This document shows positions 13,521 to 24,011 of a DNA stretch of 64,000 bases, piece after piece (the stretch's first letter is position 1; each line of letters begins with the position of its first letter). Position numbers and translations under genes: made by a program. Source of the DNA: a virus; IMG/VR virus record IMGVR_UViG_3300045988_056936, positions 1 to 64,000 of that record; one strand, given 5' to 3'. The notes beneath the pieces were generated by a model. The model searched no databases and was not told the DNA's origin. It saw only the letters and a program-made list of their open reading frames with translations.

Positions 13521-14123
13521 TCAATTGTTTCCATGCTTCAATTCGTCTCTTCTTTCAGTTAGTTTCTCATTAACTACAGCCATGATTCTATTCTCATTAA
13601 CTACTACAAATCCTAGTTTATAGAATGGAACCATACATTCACTAGCTATTGTATAAAATACAATATCTCCAGGCTTCAAGAACTCACACTTATGTCCTAC
13701 TTCTATCACAGTTCCTACCTTAATAAATTGTTGCTCTTCTTCAATTTCTCCAGTCTCATTAGATTTATAAGTAGGAGTAAATCCACCTAAATCAGTAATA
13801 AGACCGCTTTTAGTAGTTTTTATTTTTTGGAATGGGTTTTGTTCAAAGGGTTTAATTAATGCATACCCATACATCGGCATAATTTCAACTCCATTCATAT
13901 CGTTAGATAATGATTTAGCGTAATCCTCTAGTGCCTGATTATGTTTAGAGAATTTATCTTCTAACTCATCTACTGCGGTATTAAACTTCTCTTGTTTTTC
14001 TCTTAATAATGTTTGGTCTGCAGCCTCTCCATTTAAAATAAAATGTTCTCCCGTACCTTCCATTCCGGTTAATGATAGTGCTAGTTTTTCGTTACTGTTT
14101 AATTCTGTTCTTAAAGTTTCCAT
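13521..14123 (-). CDS. GroES-like co-chaperonin fold protein (T4 gp31-like?) with an N-terminal coiled-coil extension
   Basis: The C-terminal ...KSGLITDLGG...VGTVIEVG...LKPGDIVFY...IMAVVNE resembles the GroES/gp31 mobile-loop and beta-barrel pattern. Confidence 0.35.
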   Translation of the reverse strand: METLRTELNSNEKLALSLTGMEGTGEHFILNGEAADQTLLREKQEKFNTAVDELEDKFSKHNQALEDYAKSLSNDMNGVEIMPMYGYALIKPFEQNPFQKIKTTKSGLITDLGGFTPTYKSNETGEIEEEQQFIKVGTVIEVGHKCEFLKPGDIVFYTIASECMVPFYKLGFVVVNENRIMAVVNEKLTERRDELKHGNN

Positions 14124-14131
14124 AATTCATT

Positions 14132-14664
14132 TTACCATTTACATAAATCACAATGTTCATCTTCAATTCTTGTTTTATTCTCTAGTATACAACCACATTC
14201 ATCGCACACTTCCCCAACAGATGTTTGTAATTTATGGGAACAAGTGTCACAAATTTTTAATCTTTTGGTTGCCAAATCTTGATTTATTCCGAATATATTG
14301 AAATATATACTTTTCAATATTGTTAAAGGTTTAATAAATATTGCTTTAATCCATTTCCATATCATATCTTCTTCCTCCTTCTCGTTTATATTTTGGACAG
14401 TAAGTATATAATGCTTATCTGGTTTATATAATATAGGAGTTCCATAGATTACCATTTCCCTGCTGGGCAATGTTTCTTTTCGTTTGGAATCTTCTTCTCT
14501 AGTAAACATCCACATCCCTTTATATACCCTTCTTTAGGGCTTATACTTATATCATTATTCTTTGGATTTAGATACAAATGCCCATTACATAATCCATTAT
14601 CTTGGTCACATATTGGGCAGCGTCTACATATCTCAAATCTTTCTTCTATTTCCTCTAGTGTCAT
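14132..14664 (-). CDS. Two overlapping Cys-rich zinc-ribbon ORFs (CxxC...CxxC repeats). Possibly one frameshifted gene
   Basis: ORFs 14132..14515 and 14449..14664 overlap by 67 nt in different frames. Both carry CxxC pairs (CDTCSHK..CDECGC..CDLCKW; CRRCPICD..CNGH..CGC..HCPAG). Confidence 0.35.
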
Positions 14665-14666
14665 AA

Positions 14667-15581
14667 TTAATATTCAATACGTTGACGTTTTCTTTTATTT
14701 TCTGCCAATATAGATTCCTTCTTGTAGAAGGCTAGCATTTTTATAACCTCATCTTTTAGGTATGGCAAGTGATATACTGTCATATTGTCATTATGATCGA
14801 AATGTACCAAAACCAAATCCTCTATTTCAAACTCTGGATTTTTCTTTTGAATCATCCAAGCATAAGTACTTAATTGTAAAGTATAGTGCCAGTAATTAAC
14901 ATCATCTAAATTATTTAGAGGATATTTCATCTTAACAGAAGTTTTGGTTTTAGAATTGAAGAAACTCTTAGTTTCTATTTTCTTATTGGTCTTCCAGTCT
15001 CCTATAATTATCTTATTTCCCCTTTTAACTAATAAGTCAATCTGTCCTGCTATTCTTAGCTTTCCATCATCCGATACTCTAGATATTAAATACTCAGGAT
15101 ATACACCATTCTCTAAGTCTAATTCATTGTGGTCTTTTATACACTCAAACTTGCCACCTATTTGATATTTACTAAGGTCTATGTTCTGTTTCTTTTTATA
15201 GAAAGAGTTTTCCAAATCTGCATGGATTTTAGTTCCCCTCTCGCATGAGTTTCTATTCTCTAAATCCCAAGCATCTAAGATAGCTTGTTGCTCTTTATTA
15301 AACTCGTCTTCTGTAATGTTATGAAGTTCAAGTAGAACTTTATCAAATTTCTTAGTGTTCAACAAAGACTTTTTTTCTATAGCCCAATCTTCTTTAGGTA
15401 AGAGTTTCTCTAGTGCTTTATATGCTGACCAGAACTCCTTATCAAATGGTTGGGTGAAAGAATGAATTAAAGTCGTTACAGATATAAACTTCTGCTCTGG
15501 CTTTGTAACATCATAATAAATATGAGCTTCTTCCTCAAAAGCTATGTTCCCATTTTGTTTTGTAATTTTACTTTTGTCCAT
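14667..15581 (-). CDS. PD-(D/E)XK-superfamily nuclease (RecB/Cas4/YqaJ-like exonuclease)
   Basis: C-terminal ...GQIDLLVKRGNKIIIGDWKTNKK matches the D..(D/E)xK core. The N-terminal H..Y motif is also present. Confidence 0.5.
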   Translation of the reverse strand: MDKSKITKQNGNIAFEEEAHIYYDVTKPEQKFISVTTLIHSFTQPFDKEFWSAYKALEKLLPKEDWAIEKKSLLNTKKFDKVLLELHNITEDEFNKEQQAILDAWDLENRNSCERGTKIHADLENSFYKKKQNIDLSKYQIGGKFECIKDHNELDLENGVYPEYLISRVSDDGKLRIAGQIDLLVKRGNKIIIGDWKTNKKIETKSFFNSKTKTSVKMKYPLNNLDDVNYWHYTLQLSTYAWMIQKKNPEFEIEDLVLVHFDHNDNMTVYHLPYLKDEVIKMLAFYKKESILAENKRKRQRIEY

Positions 15582-15695
15582 TAGTCATAATTCATTTAAT
15601 CATTTATCACATTTATCTATATTTATTTGATACTTTTCAAGTATATTAATATTCTTTGTAAGATACAAATCAATAAATAATACATTATATTAAAA

Positions 15696-16037
15696 ATGTC
15701 TAACAGTAAGAAAATTACAACATTTGGGTGTCCAATTTTCAAAAATGGGTCGGGCATTCACATTAAAGAGAAGAACAGAGGCAAATTTACAGCATCTGCC
15801 AAGGCAGCAGGAGAATCTGTACAAGAACACGCTAAGCATGTACTAAACAATCCTAACGCTACCCCTCTTTAGAAGAAGCGAGCTAATTTTGCTAGAAATG
15901 CTTCTAAATGGAAACACGAAGATGGGGCTAAGATACATAAACCGAGTGGACATAGGTCTATTCTAGATAATGGATGGATTCCTACTACTAGATTAAAGAA
16001 GGGAACTTATGGATTTATTAAAACTAAGAAACGATGA
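15696..16037 (+). CDS. Small plus-strand gene embedded in the minus block, TAG-recoded (MSNSKKITTFGCPIFKNGSGIHIKEK...)
   Basis: ATG at 15696. My manual translation reads through in-frame TAGs and ends at TGA near 16037. It is not called by the ORF track because of the amber codons. Confidence 0.3.
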
Positions 16038-16310
16038 AAAACATTATTAAGTGCATTAAAGAGATTGTATTAAGAATATATCTATATTTACTATTTATAT
16101 TTAAAAAGTAACATGGACTATAACAAAGCAACTTTACACGCGGCAACAGGTCGTACTCTCTTACTTCCTGGATGGAGAGGATATTTTTATTGGGATTATT
16201 CTAAAAAGGAATTGAATTTCAGAAACGGAGATTATCATTTAGATAATAAATAGCTTAGAGAAAAGGGAGTCATGGAGAGAACTGATTGGTACTATATTAT
16301 ATAACAAAAT

Positions 16311-16350
16311 AGGCGAGCCTAGAGATTAGGTTCGCCTATTTTTATTTAAC
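16311..16350 (+). terminator. Rho-independent terminator-like hairpin (taggcga...tcgccta followed by a T-run)
   Basis: A 7-bp perfect stem followed by TTTTTATTT, immediately after the small plus-strand ORFs at 15696-16310. Confidence 0.45.
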
Positions 16351-17504
16351 ATTATACTTTGTATCATAAGTACAAGTGATTCTATTTATACCATCCTCCC
16401 ACCAAGGTTTATCTGATGGCTATCTAATACCACTTGGGATGGTTATTGTAGGAGTAGAAGTTTCTACTATAGCATCTACTATTTTAAATAATGTATCCAA
16501 GTCAAATTCTGGAAATTCATTATGTAAGTTTGTCAATGTCTTTTTAAAGTCTATCATATCCCTCAAATGTATTATCAATTATTGCTTTTTCTAGTGTAGT
16601 GTCTTTATATAGTCCATTTTTAATTAGATTTCTAACTGAATTGTCAACTACATTCCATATATCAATCAGTAATGATTTATTCTCCGGAACACTTCTAAGT
16701 GTACTTTCTAAATATCCGGCTTTTATCATATTTATTAGTTGACCGTTAATAAAGACTTCAAATTTAAATTCTTTATCCATATATTTTAGTATATTACACT
16801 TAGTCTATTTAATTCATCTAGGTAATCTAGAAACCATTGTTCATTTTGTTTTCCTTCTTCTGCAACAATCTCAATTAAAGATTCTGCTGCTAGGAGTATA
16901 GTTTCAGATAACTCTTTTAAATTTGGCTTAGTTAGTTCATTGTATTTATCAGTCAAGTTTAACATAATCCATCCAGTCTTTTATATATGATTTACATTCC
17001 TCTAAATCTGGATAGATACTTGCTATAGTGCAACCTGTTTTTGGATTCCTAAAATGATGGAGTTTTGCTTCCTCATTTTTCTCCTCTTCTATATTTCTAT
17101 TTAATGTTCTATTCCAGTAGTTGTATTTCTCATCTAGCATTTCCTTATCACACTCCTCCAATATTTTCATATTGGGATTACTCATTATTTTGTCATACTT
17201 TCTTTTTAAATTAGAAACTTTGACAACATCATTACCATTCAATACGACTGCACACTGTTTCATTTCACTACTTTATAAGTACATATCTTACCTATCTGCT
17301 TTCCTTGAATACTTATTTGTGGAAGAAAGTAGCAGGCTTGATTCTCAAATTCTTGAGGTACAAATATGTAATCAAATCTACATCCAACTACCTTATCGCA
17401 AACTTTATTCCAATCATCTCCCTCTTCAATAATAAGGGTCTTAGCTCCTGTTGGAGTTACAGCATAATTCTCATTTAAATTTATCATAACTATTAATTTT
17501 GGCG

Positions 17505-17576
17505 TTGCCCTACTAGGATTCGAACCCAGACTAAATGATTTAGAGTCATCTGTGCTGACCATTACACCATAGGGCA
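17505..17576 (-). tRNA. Amber-suppressor tRNA, anticodon CUA, tRNA-Gln-derived
   Basis: Manual cloverleaf: acceptor TGCCCTA/TAGGGCA (U1-A72) with discriminator A; D-arm GGTGTAATGGTC; anticodon stem GATGA/TCATT with loop CTCTAAA (U33, CUA, A37); T-arm CTGGG-TTCGAAT-CCTAG. The D-arm and acceptor are near-identical to tRNA-Gln(UUG) at 32536. It sits at the 5' head of the TAG-rich minus-strand block. Confidence 0.8.
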
Positions 17577-18240
17577 GTATTTATTTCTCTTTTAGAGATT
17601 TATTCTCCGCTGCCAATTTCTCTAGTTCTTTCCTTAGCTGTTCGTTTTCGTGAAATAAAGCCTACATGGTTGCATTTACATTAGCAAGGAGTATTCTTAT
17701 TTGAGCTATTTGTTCATACATATGCTTTCAGTTGTTCTATTTTCATAGTTACCACATTAGATAATGCCATTCTGAATTTAGTAATTCCAGCTCTTACTGA
17801 TTCCAATTTTCCACTTTCCAAACATTCTTGAATTTTATTTAGTTCGGATTCCCCTAGATATTCGCAGACATCTATAAATAAATCATCATCTAAAGATTCT
17901 AAGTATTTCTGGAATTTGCCTACTTCTTCATTAGCTAGACAGCTTTCCTCTTTCTATCTCTCATAAGATATTAATAAGAATAAAGAATCATCTGTAGATT
18001 CCGCTTTAATGGTTAGACCATTACTTGATAGATAATACTCCTAGTTCTTATTAATTGCATCAACGAGATTCTTAAACTCGTCCTAATTTAGTAATGTTTC
18101 TAAGTCTGTAATCATAATTGTTTCTTTTTTAGTTATATACAACAATACCTTCTGAAAAGTTAAATACAAAGTTAAAAAATTCTAATTCTAATATTATACA
18201 TATTTCATTTAGTTATCCGCAAATGGGTACAGGTACTTTA

Positions 18241-18249
18241 TATAAATAG
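18241..18249 (+). promoter_or_regulatory. TATAAATA(G) motif, copy 1 (T4-late-promoter-like box)
   Basis: ttatataaatagcc, about 190 bp upstream of ORF 18434. Confidence 0.25.
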
Positions 18250-18433
18250 CCCCCTGGGGGTTTAATAAATTCGGAATTTATATACAGGTGAAAATTACCT
18301 AGATTCCGAAAATTATATGAGAGACTGTTATGGCGGTCCACAACCCCTTTAGTCCCCCCCTGTATATTGATATAAAACTAAAACAAAAACAAAAGTAACT
18401 CACAGTATTAACAAATTAAAAATTTTTAGTATT

Positions 18434-18880
18434 ATGACACTCGAAGAATTAAAGAACAGTAATCTCAGCGTAGAAGAACGTGCTAAATCAGTGGTAAACT
18501 CATTAGGTTTGGAAGGTAATGAACGTTCAGTTGTTGTCGGCTTGAAGAAGGGCGATAAGTTCCAGATTGTTGCTATGAACAAAATGGAATTGACAAACAA
18601 CACACAAAGAGAAGGACAAGCAAGGTTTGTGCCTATCACTTTCACAACTGACAGTGGTGCATCAATCGGAGCTAAACACTTCGCTGGCGTAACTATCGAC
18701 GACGAAGCTCCTGCTATTGGTTCTACTCCTTTGGAAAATGCAAATTTCCTTGTTTGGTGCATAGACCACAAAGTAACATTTGTGGTTAAGAGCATCACCT
18801 CTGAAGACATCGAGGCACACGGAGGAGTTCCGGCTTACACCAAGAGAACTTACAAACTTGAGGTTGAGGATTACGAGTAA
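18434..18880 (+). CDS. Hypothetical protein. First gene of the rightward arm, likely early and abundant
   Basis: A 148-aa ORF with no internal TAG, directly downstream of the divergent promoter region. Confidence 0.5.
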   Translation: MTLEELKNSNLSVEERAKSVVNSLGLEGNERSVVVGLKKGDKFQIVAMNKMELTNNTQREGQARFVPITFTTDSGASIGAKHFAGVTIDDEAPAIGSTPLENANFLVWCIDHKVTFVVKSITSEDIEAHGGVPAYTKRTYKLEVEDYE

Positions 18881-19140
18881 AAGATTGGGGAGAAATCCCC
18901 TTTCTTTTATATACAAATAATCTTTGTAGTTATGGACACGAGAAAAAAGTTCAGAACGAGAAAGTGTTTGTATAGCTGGGGAGCAATCTATGACCCAAAG
19001 ACTGGAGAAAAGTTAAATCTCAAAGCGGACAGAGTTTATTGTAAAACTTCTGAAGCATGGATTATGACTTATCAAAAGTCAGAAGAAGACATCCCAAAAG
19101 TAATAAGAATTGTCTTTGTAGATTAACACGACTCTCTCGT

Positions 19141-19149
19141 GTATAAATA
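19141..19149 (+). promoter_or_regulatory. cGtGTATAAATA motif, copy 2, flanked by the inverted repeat actctctc/gagagtgt
   Basis: tctcgtgtataaataagtgagag. Confidence 0.3.
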
Positions 19150-19236
19150 AGTGAGAGTGTGACCGAATCTTAGAGTCAATCTCAGCGCACAACGAGATTT
19201 AAAATAAGTCAAACGTGCAACTCTAAGGTATTACGA

Positions 19237-19245
19237 GTATAAATA
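19237..19245 (+). promoter_or_regulatory. cGaGTATAAATA motif, copy 3
   Basis: ttacgagtataaataaaatg. Confidence 0.3.
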
Positions 19246-19975
19246 AAATGCCCATATGAACTCCATCATTGGAACATTGGTCAACGGAGAAATCAACAAC
19301 AAAACAAAAAAAATCAAAACCGAGTTAACTTTTGTAGTAGTTTTAGTTTTTATGTCTGGCTGATAGGAAAGACTATCATTTCTAGTAAAATCGTGTATGT
19401 TTCACGTGAAAATATGGAGAGTAAGGAGAAGAATGTTCCACAAACTCAAAGGCAGATTTTCCTACTTTTTCCAGTTTTCAAAAAATCGCCAGTAGGACGA
19501 GTTTTATAACTCATACTACAATGATTATTTACTCTAACATTAGCCTATAAAAAGGCAACAAAAAGCGGGGTTACGCAGATAGCCCAATATCCGAAAATAA
19601 CTGCTATTAATGAAAATGAGAGTTCGCAAACTTATCTCATGAGTAAGGAGGATTGAGCTATAAGATTGGTCACTTATAGCAATATATGAAAGTACTGCTG
19701 ACATACAAGTAGACCATGTATGTCATATTTTTATATGTTATGCAATTGTATTAGAAGTTGCCTGGTATAAGCCGCTAGATTAATAAGGCTAGCTGATAAG
19801 AGGATACCTCATAAGGGTATATTTCCTACCTCGAACTCAGTCGCAAGAATATGGATTAGCTACCTATATTCTTAGTGAACGTTAGTAACGTAGCTATTTG
19901 ATTTTCAGTATAGGAAACTGAGAATTAAGTAGTTGAATAACTCTCTATCTTATACTAGTTGCCAAGATAGAGTTT

Positions 19976-20045
19976 TCCCCATTAGTATAATGCATTGCGC
20001 CTTCCTCTAAAGAAGGAGATTCTGGTTCAAACCCGGAGTGGGGAA
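19976..20045 (+). tRNA. Second CUA-anticodon (amber-suppressor) tRNA, Gln-like acceptor, atypical 3-bp D-stem
   Basis: Acceptor TCCCCAT/GTGGGGA (U1-A72, U7·G66) with discriminator A; anticodon stem CCTTC/GAAGG with loop CTCTAAA (CUA); T-arm TCTGG-TTCAAAC-CCGGA. The D-arm is weak (GTA/TGC). Confidence 0.45.
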
Positions 20046-20851
20046 CTTAGTATTTGAGGACTACAGCTACTTGTAGGCTCTATTTGCTGTTAAGGACTAT
20101 AATGGGTACGCCCAGAGACTATGTAATTGTTGTGAAACAATTCAAAGGAGAGTGGCACAGGAAGGTCTTTTGATAGTGTTCATTTTTTATCCCAACAGCG
20201 GTGGGGATATTTTTAAAACTCAGCCTAGGAGAGTATAAAATACCATCTGATGAGACTAGGACGAAATATACTTTGTATATAATGGTATAACTAATTAAAA
20301 CTAAGAAGATGAAAAAGAGATATATTATTCCAGAGGAACTGCATTTTGCTTCTGCTAGCTGTGGATTTGAATGTAATAATTATGACGAGGTATTAGCGTT
20401 TGCTGGATATTTTCTATCTATCGGGTGTTCCTTTGAGGTTTCGGATCTCTATATCGAACCAAAGGGGAATTTAATTCCTTTAAAACAGTCGAACGAAGAA
20501 AGGGATGTATGGGAATATCTCATGCTAGAGTTTTAATAACTAAAACATAAATATTATGAGCAAATTGACAAAAAAGAAAACAGAAACTCTCTATGCCAAA
20601 ATGGTAAGAGAAGAAAAAGCTATGCAAATTGCTGCTCAATATGGTCTTCAATATGAAGTACTTCAGTCTATTAAGGCTGGATGTACTCCAGAAGAAGCCT
20701 TACGTGAATGGGATTTAGTATAGCTTTCTTTAAAAAACTTAATAACTTTCCAAGTCATTGAGGACACCAGTTTCTTATATGTTACGCATGAGAGGTCGAA
20801 CATACTCCTTGCGATATAAGTTTTAGGTGTAAAATGCAATACTAGTTATAT

Positions 20852-21187
20852 ATGAAAGAGATAAAAATTCTAGAAACAACAAAAGTTCTCTCTGATAGAG
20901 AGGCTGATTTACTTTGTTCCGTATTATGGTCTTTAGGTATTTATCCAGAGATTACAGCACTTGAAAGGAAAAATAGAAACATTACACTGGCGAGTATTCT
21001 TCCAGAAATGCAACCTAGGACAGCTAGCCGTATTAGAGCTATGTTGGATGATCAAGTTTATATCTCTCTCAACATTTTCATGGAAAACTATTCTTGGCGT
21101 GATTTCATGAAAATGCCTGGTGTTGGAAGGAAATCGCTAAGTGATTTAAGATCAGTTTTGCAAAAGTACGGATACAAAACATTCTAA
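20852..21187 (+). CDS. Small protein whose C-terminus resembles the RNA polymerase alpha-subunit C-terminal domain HhH motif (..MPGVGRKSLSDLRSVLQKYGY..)
   Basis: Motif resemblance only. Confidence 0.25.
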   Translation: MKEIKILETTKVLSDREADLLCSVLWSLGIYPEITALERKNRNITLASILPEMQPRTASRIRAMLDDQVYISLNIFMENYSWRDFMKMPGVGRKSLSDLRSVLQKYGYKTF

Positions 21188-21200
21188 CTCGACTTCGCGA

Positions 21201-21209
21201 GTATAAATA
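21201..21209 (+). promoter_or_regulatory. cGaGTATAAATA motif, copy 4, upstream of recoded gene 21316..22507
   Basis: ttcgcgagtataaataggc. Confidence 0.3.
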
Positions 21210-21315
21210 GGCTTTAGGCGGAGAGCGGTAGGTAGAATAGTCTACCTACGTAGTGTAAAATACTTGCTATTTAGCAAACAAATGTGTAGTATTCTATAAA
21301 TAAAAATTAAATATT

Positions 21316-22507
21316 TATGGAAGACAAAGTAAAAGAATTTAGAGACAAAAATCCTATACTAGACTTCCTAGCAGGATTTATTCCTGGAGTTGGAGAAGCA
21401 TAGGACGCACATGATTTTATTCATGCCGCAAAAGATAAAGATTATATAAGTATGGGTTTAGCAGCTACAGGCTTAATTATTCCAGGAATCACAGGAGGGC
21501 AAATAAAGAAACTTTCAAACGTTTTAATAAAGAAAGGTTGGCGAGAAACGAAGGGAAGAATATTTGACCCATAGGGAGTTGAATACATTAGGAATAAAGA
21601 AGGAAAACTTCAAAGCTTATCATCTTACAGACAGACTCAAGCCGTAGAAAAAAGAATTGAGGAAAATAAGTCTAAGGCTAAAGCCAGATCTAATCAACAA
21701 AAGAAAGTAATCAAAGAGCATAACGAAGAAGCAGAAAAGTTTAGACTTCGAACGGGACTTGATTATTCTTTAGAAAATTGGCAATCACTAGCTTCAGGAC
21801 ATAAGATGTCACAAGAGGAAATAGACTTATTCACCAAAAAAGCTTTTCCCTAGTTTGTTCAAACTTATAATGAACTAATTAAGTCTGGTAAGCTGATAAG
21901 ATAGCCTAATGGAAGATATACTGCTAATGGAAGGAAGAATCTAAGCAACATAGAAACTATGTATTATATCTAGGCAAACTCTCCTCAAGGTAAGAATCTT
22001 TTATATAATGGTATCACAATGAGGTCTGGAATTAAGGATAAACATAGTTTTGAAACCGGAAAAAATAACCAGAATTATGAGAAATGGTTCAGTTCTAATC
22101 CAAGAGGAGCAAAAGCTTACGGAGACTTTGCAATCTGGGGACTACCAGTTAAACCTTCTATAATTAATCCCAACTGGGATGACTAGATTAGGCTTATAAA
22201 AAGGCAGAAAGCTAATCCATCTTCTAATAATTGGGCAGGAGGTCCAATAGGTGCTTATTTAAGCAAGGATAGAGCACGTTCTGTAAATATGTCTGAAGGT
22301 GTTCTTACAGACGATTATGCAACATAGGTTCTTAATTCTGACCCTATAAAAGGAGTATTTACTATAGTAGGTCCAGATATTCCTGTAAAATCTGTATTTG
22401 GAGGATCTGGAATGTACGATGTTAGTCCCAAAAAGCTATATAATCCATTCTTATCTCTTACCATGATGGGAATGCTAGGTTATAAACATTTAAATAAAGA
22501 TGAATAA
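21316..22507 (+). CDS. Hypothetical protein of about 395 aa, TAG-recoded (about 7 in-frame TAGs), TAA stop
   Basis: My manual translation from ATG 21316 runs about 395 codons with no TAA or TGA and ends ...MLGYKHLNKDE* overlapping the ATG of ORF 22500. It is invisible to the stop-to-stop ORF track. Confidence 0.45.
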
Positions 22508-22985
22508 ATTTACATTCAAAGAGTGGTGCCAACTGGCTATGCCTCACTCTCAATTAGATCAGAGTGGACTTCCTCTAGAAGAAACAAGACAACTTGCTCG
22601 CAAAATGTATCTTGGACTTGACAGATTCATTGAAGCACAAGATAAGTGGAATACTTATCAAACTGCCTTGGAAGAAGTCAAAGCAGGGAAGAAGAAAACA
22701 CATTGGATTTGGTTTATCTTTCCTCAAATGGAGGGACTTGGCACAAGTGAAAAGTCTCGTTACTACGGAATACGTGGGCGTGATGAAGCTATTGAATATA
22801 TCAACCATCCTATATTGAGAGATAGGTTAGTTGAAATCACAGAAGCGGTCTATAATAACGAGAAAACTGTTTACGAGATATTTGGAAACGATGTAATTAA
22901 AGTAAGGTCTTGTATGTTACTTTTCGCATCTGTTTCTGATATTCCTATCTTTCAAAAGATGCTTGAAAAGCATTGCTGGAGATAA
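22500..22985 (+). CDS. DUF1810-like protein (..HWIWFIFPQ.. motif)
   Basis: Motif recalled from the DUF1810 family. Function unknown. Confidence 0.35.
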   Translation: MNKFTFKEWCQLAMPHSQLDQSGLPLEETRQLARKMYLGLDRFIEAQDKWNTYQTALEEVKAGKKKTHWIWFIFPQMEGLGTSEKSRYYGIRGRDEAIEYINHPILRDRLVEITEAVYNNEKTVYEIFGNDVIKVRSCMLLFASVSDIPIFQKMLEKHCWR

Positions 22986-24011
22986 AATCCTCTGATGAGT
23001 CTTTGAAAATTAAGACGAAACTACCTAGAAATAGGTAGTCAGGATTAAAAGAAAAAGAAAATGAGAAAATTCAACAGATTACACTGCGATTCAACTGTTC
23101 GCGCAAGATTTACAGATTCATGGGGAAGAGTGATAACTCTCACTGGAACCCACGCCTTCGAGTATACCATTCACATAGAAGGCATCAGAACAGTTACAGA
23201 AACATTTGTGAATGGAAATTAGCAAGAAAAAGATTTAACGAATTAAAAAGAAAACCATGAGAAAAAGATTCAAAGCTGCGAGAATAGCATCTTCAGACAA
23301 CTACGAATTGTCTAGAAGAATACATTCTCAGTATTTAAAGAGATGGCACAATGCTAACATCGAGGTAATCACTGAAATTACCACATCATTAGTAATCAAA
23401 GAACAAAAATACATAAGAGTATTTGGAGAATTAATTCCGATTTCGGAAGAGGAATTGAGAATCCATAACACTCTGATAATTGAGAACTAATATGGAAGAT
23501 TTATTAGCAATTGTTAGATGGGGCATTACTTTACCCGTTTGGTTATTAGAACATATACTGAAAGGTTTAACTTTCATTGTTCTAGTATTTGGACTTGTCG
23601 TTATGGCGATTTTATTCCCGCTATTTCGATCTACTTGGCGTCGTACAGGCGATTCTCGTGTATTTAAGTATGCAACAAAGTGGAGAGGAAACTATCCACT
23701 AACAAAAAAAGTATTTAGTTTATGGCAATAATGAGAAGAATCACCGAAATAAACGGTGAGATAATTATGGTGGAAACTATGATTATTGTAGGCAATATAA
23801 TCCTTTGTACAATTCATATTAATGGAGAGCTAGTTAAGTATGAAATATTATCTGTTGGACAGCTACGGGAAGATCATTAGGTCTTTCCGTAGCTGGTCAG
23901 AAGCTAACAAATTCAGAATAGTGATGAATAGATTGGATTGGAGGATTGTACCATGACCTATATAGTAGTATTCATAATATTAATTATCATTTGGAAGGCA
24001 ATTGAAGAACA

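Noticed and set aside
17260-17562. ORF-track CDS (100 aa, minus) spanning the suppressor tRNA
   Set aside because: It overlaps a well-formed tRNA cloverleaf and lies in an intergenic switch region, so it is most likely spurious. The same applies to 39911..40150 over tRNA-Met, 42923..43108 over tRNA-Glu, and parts of 35410..36024 and 35822..36481 over tRNA-Cys.
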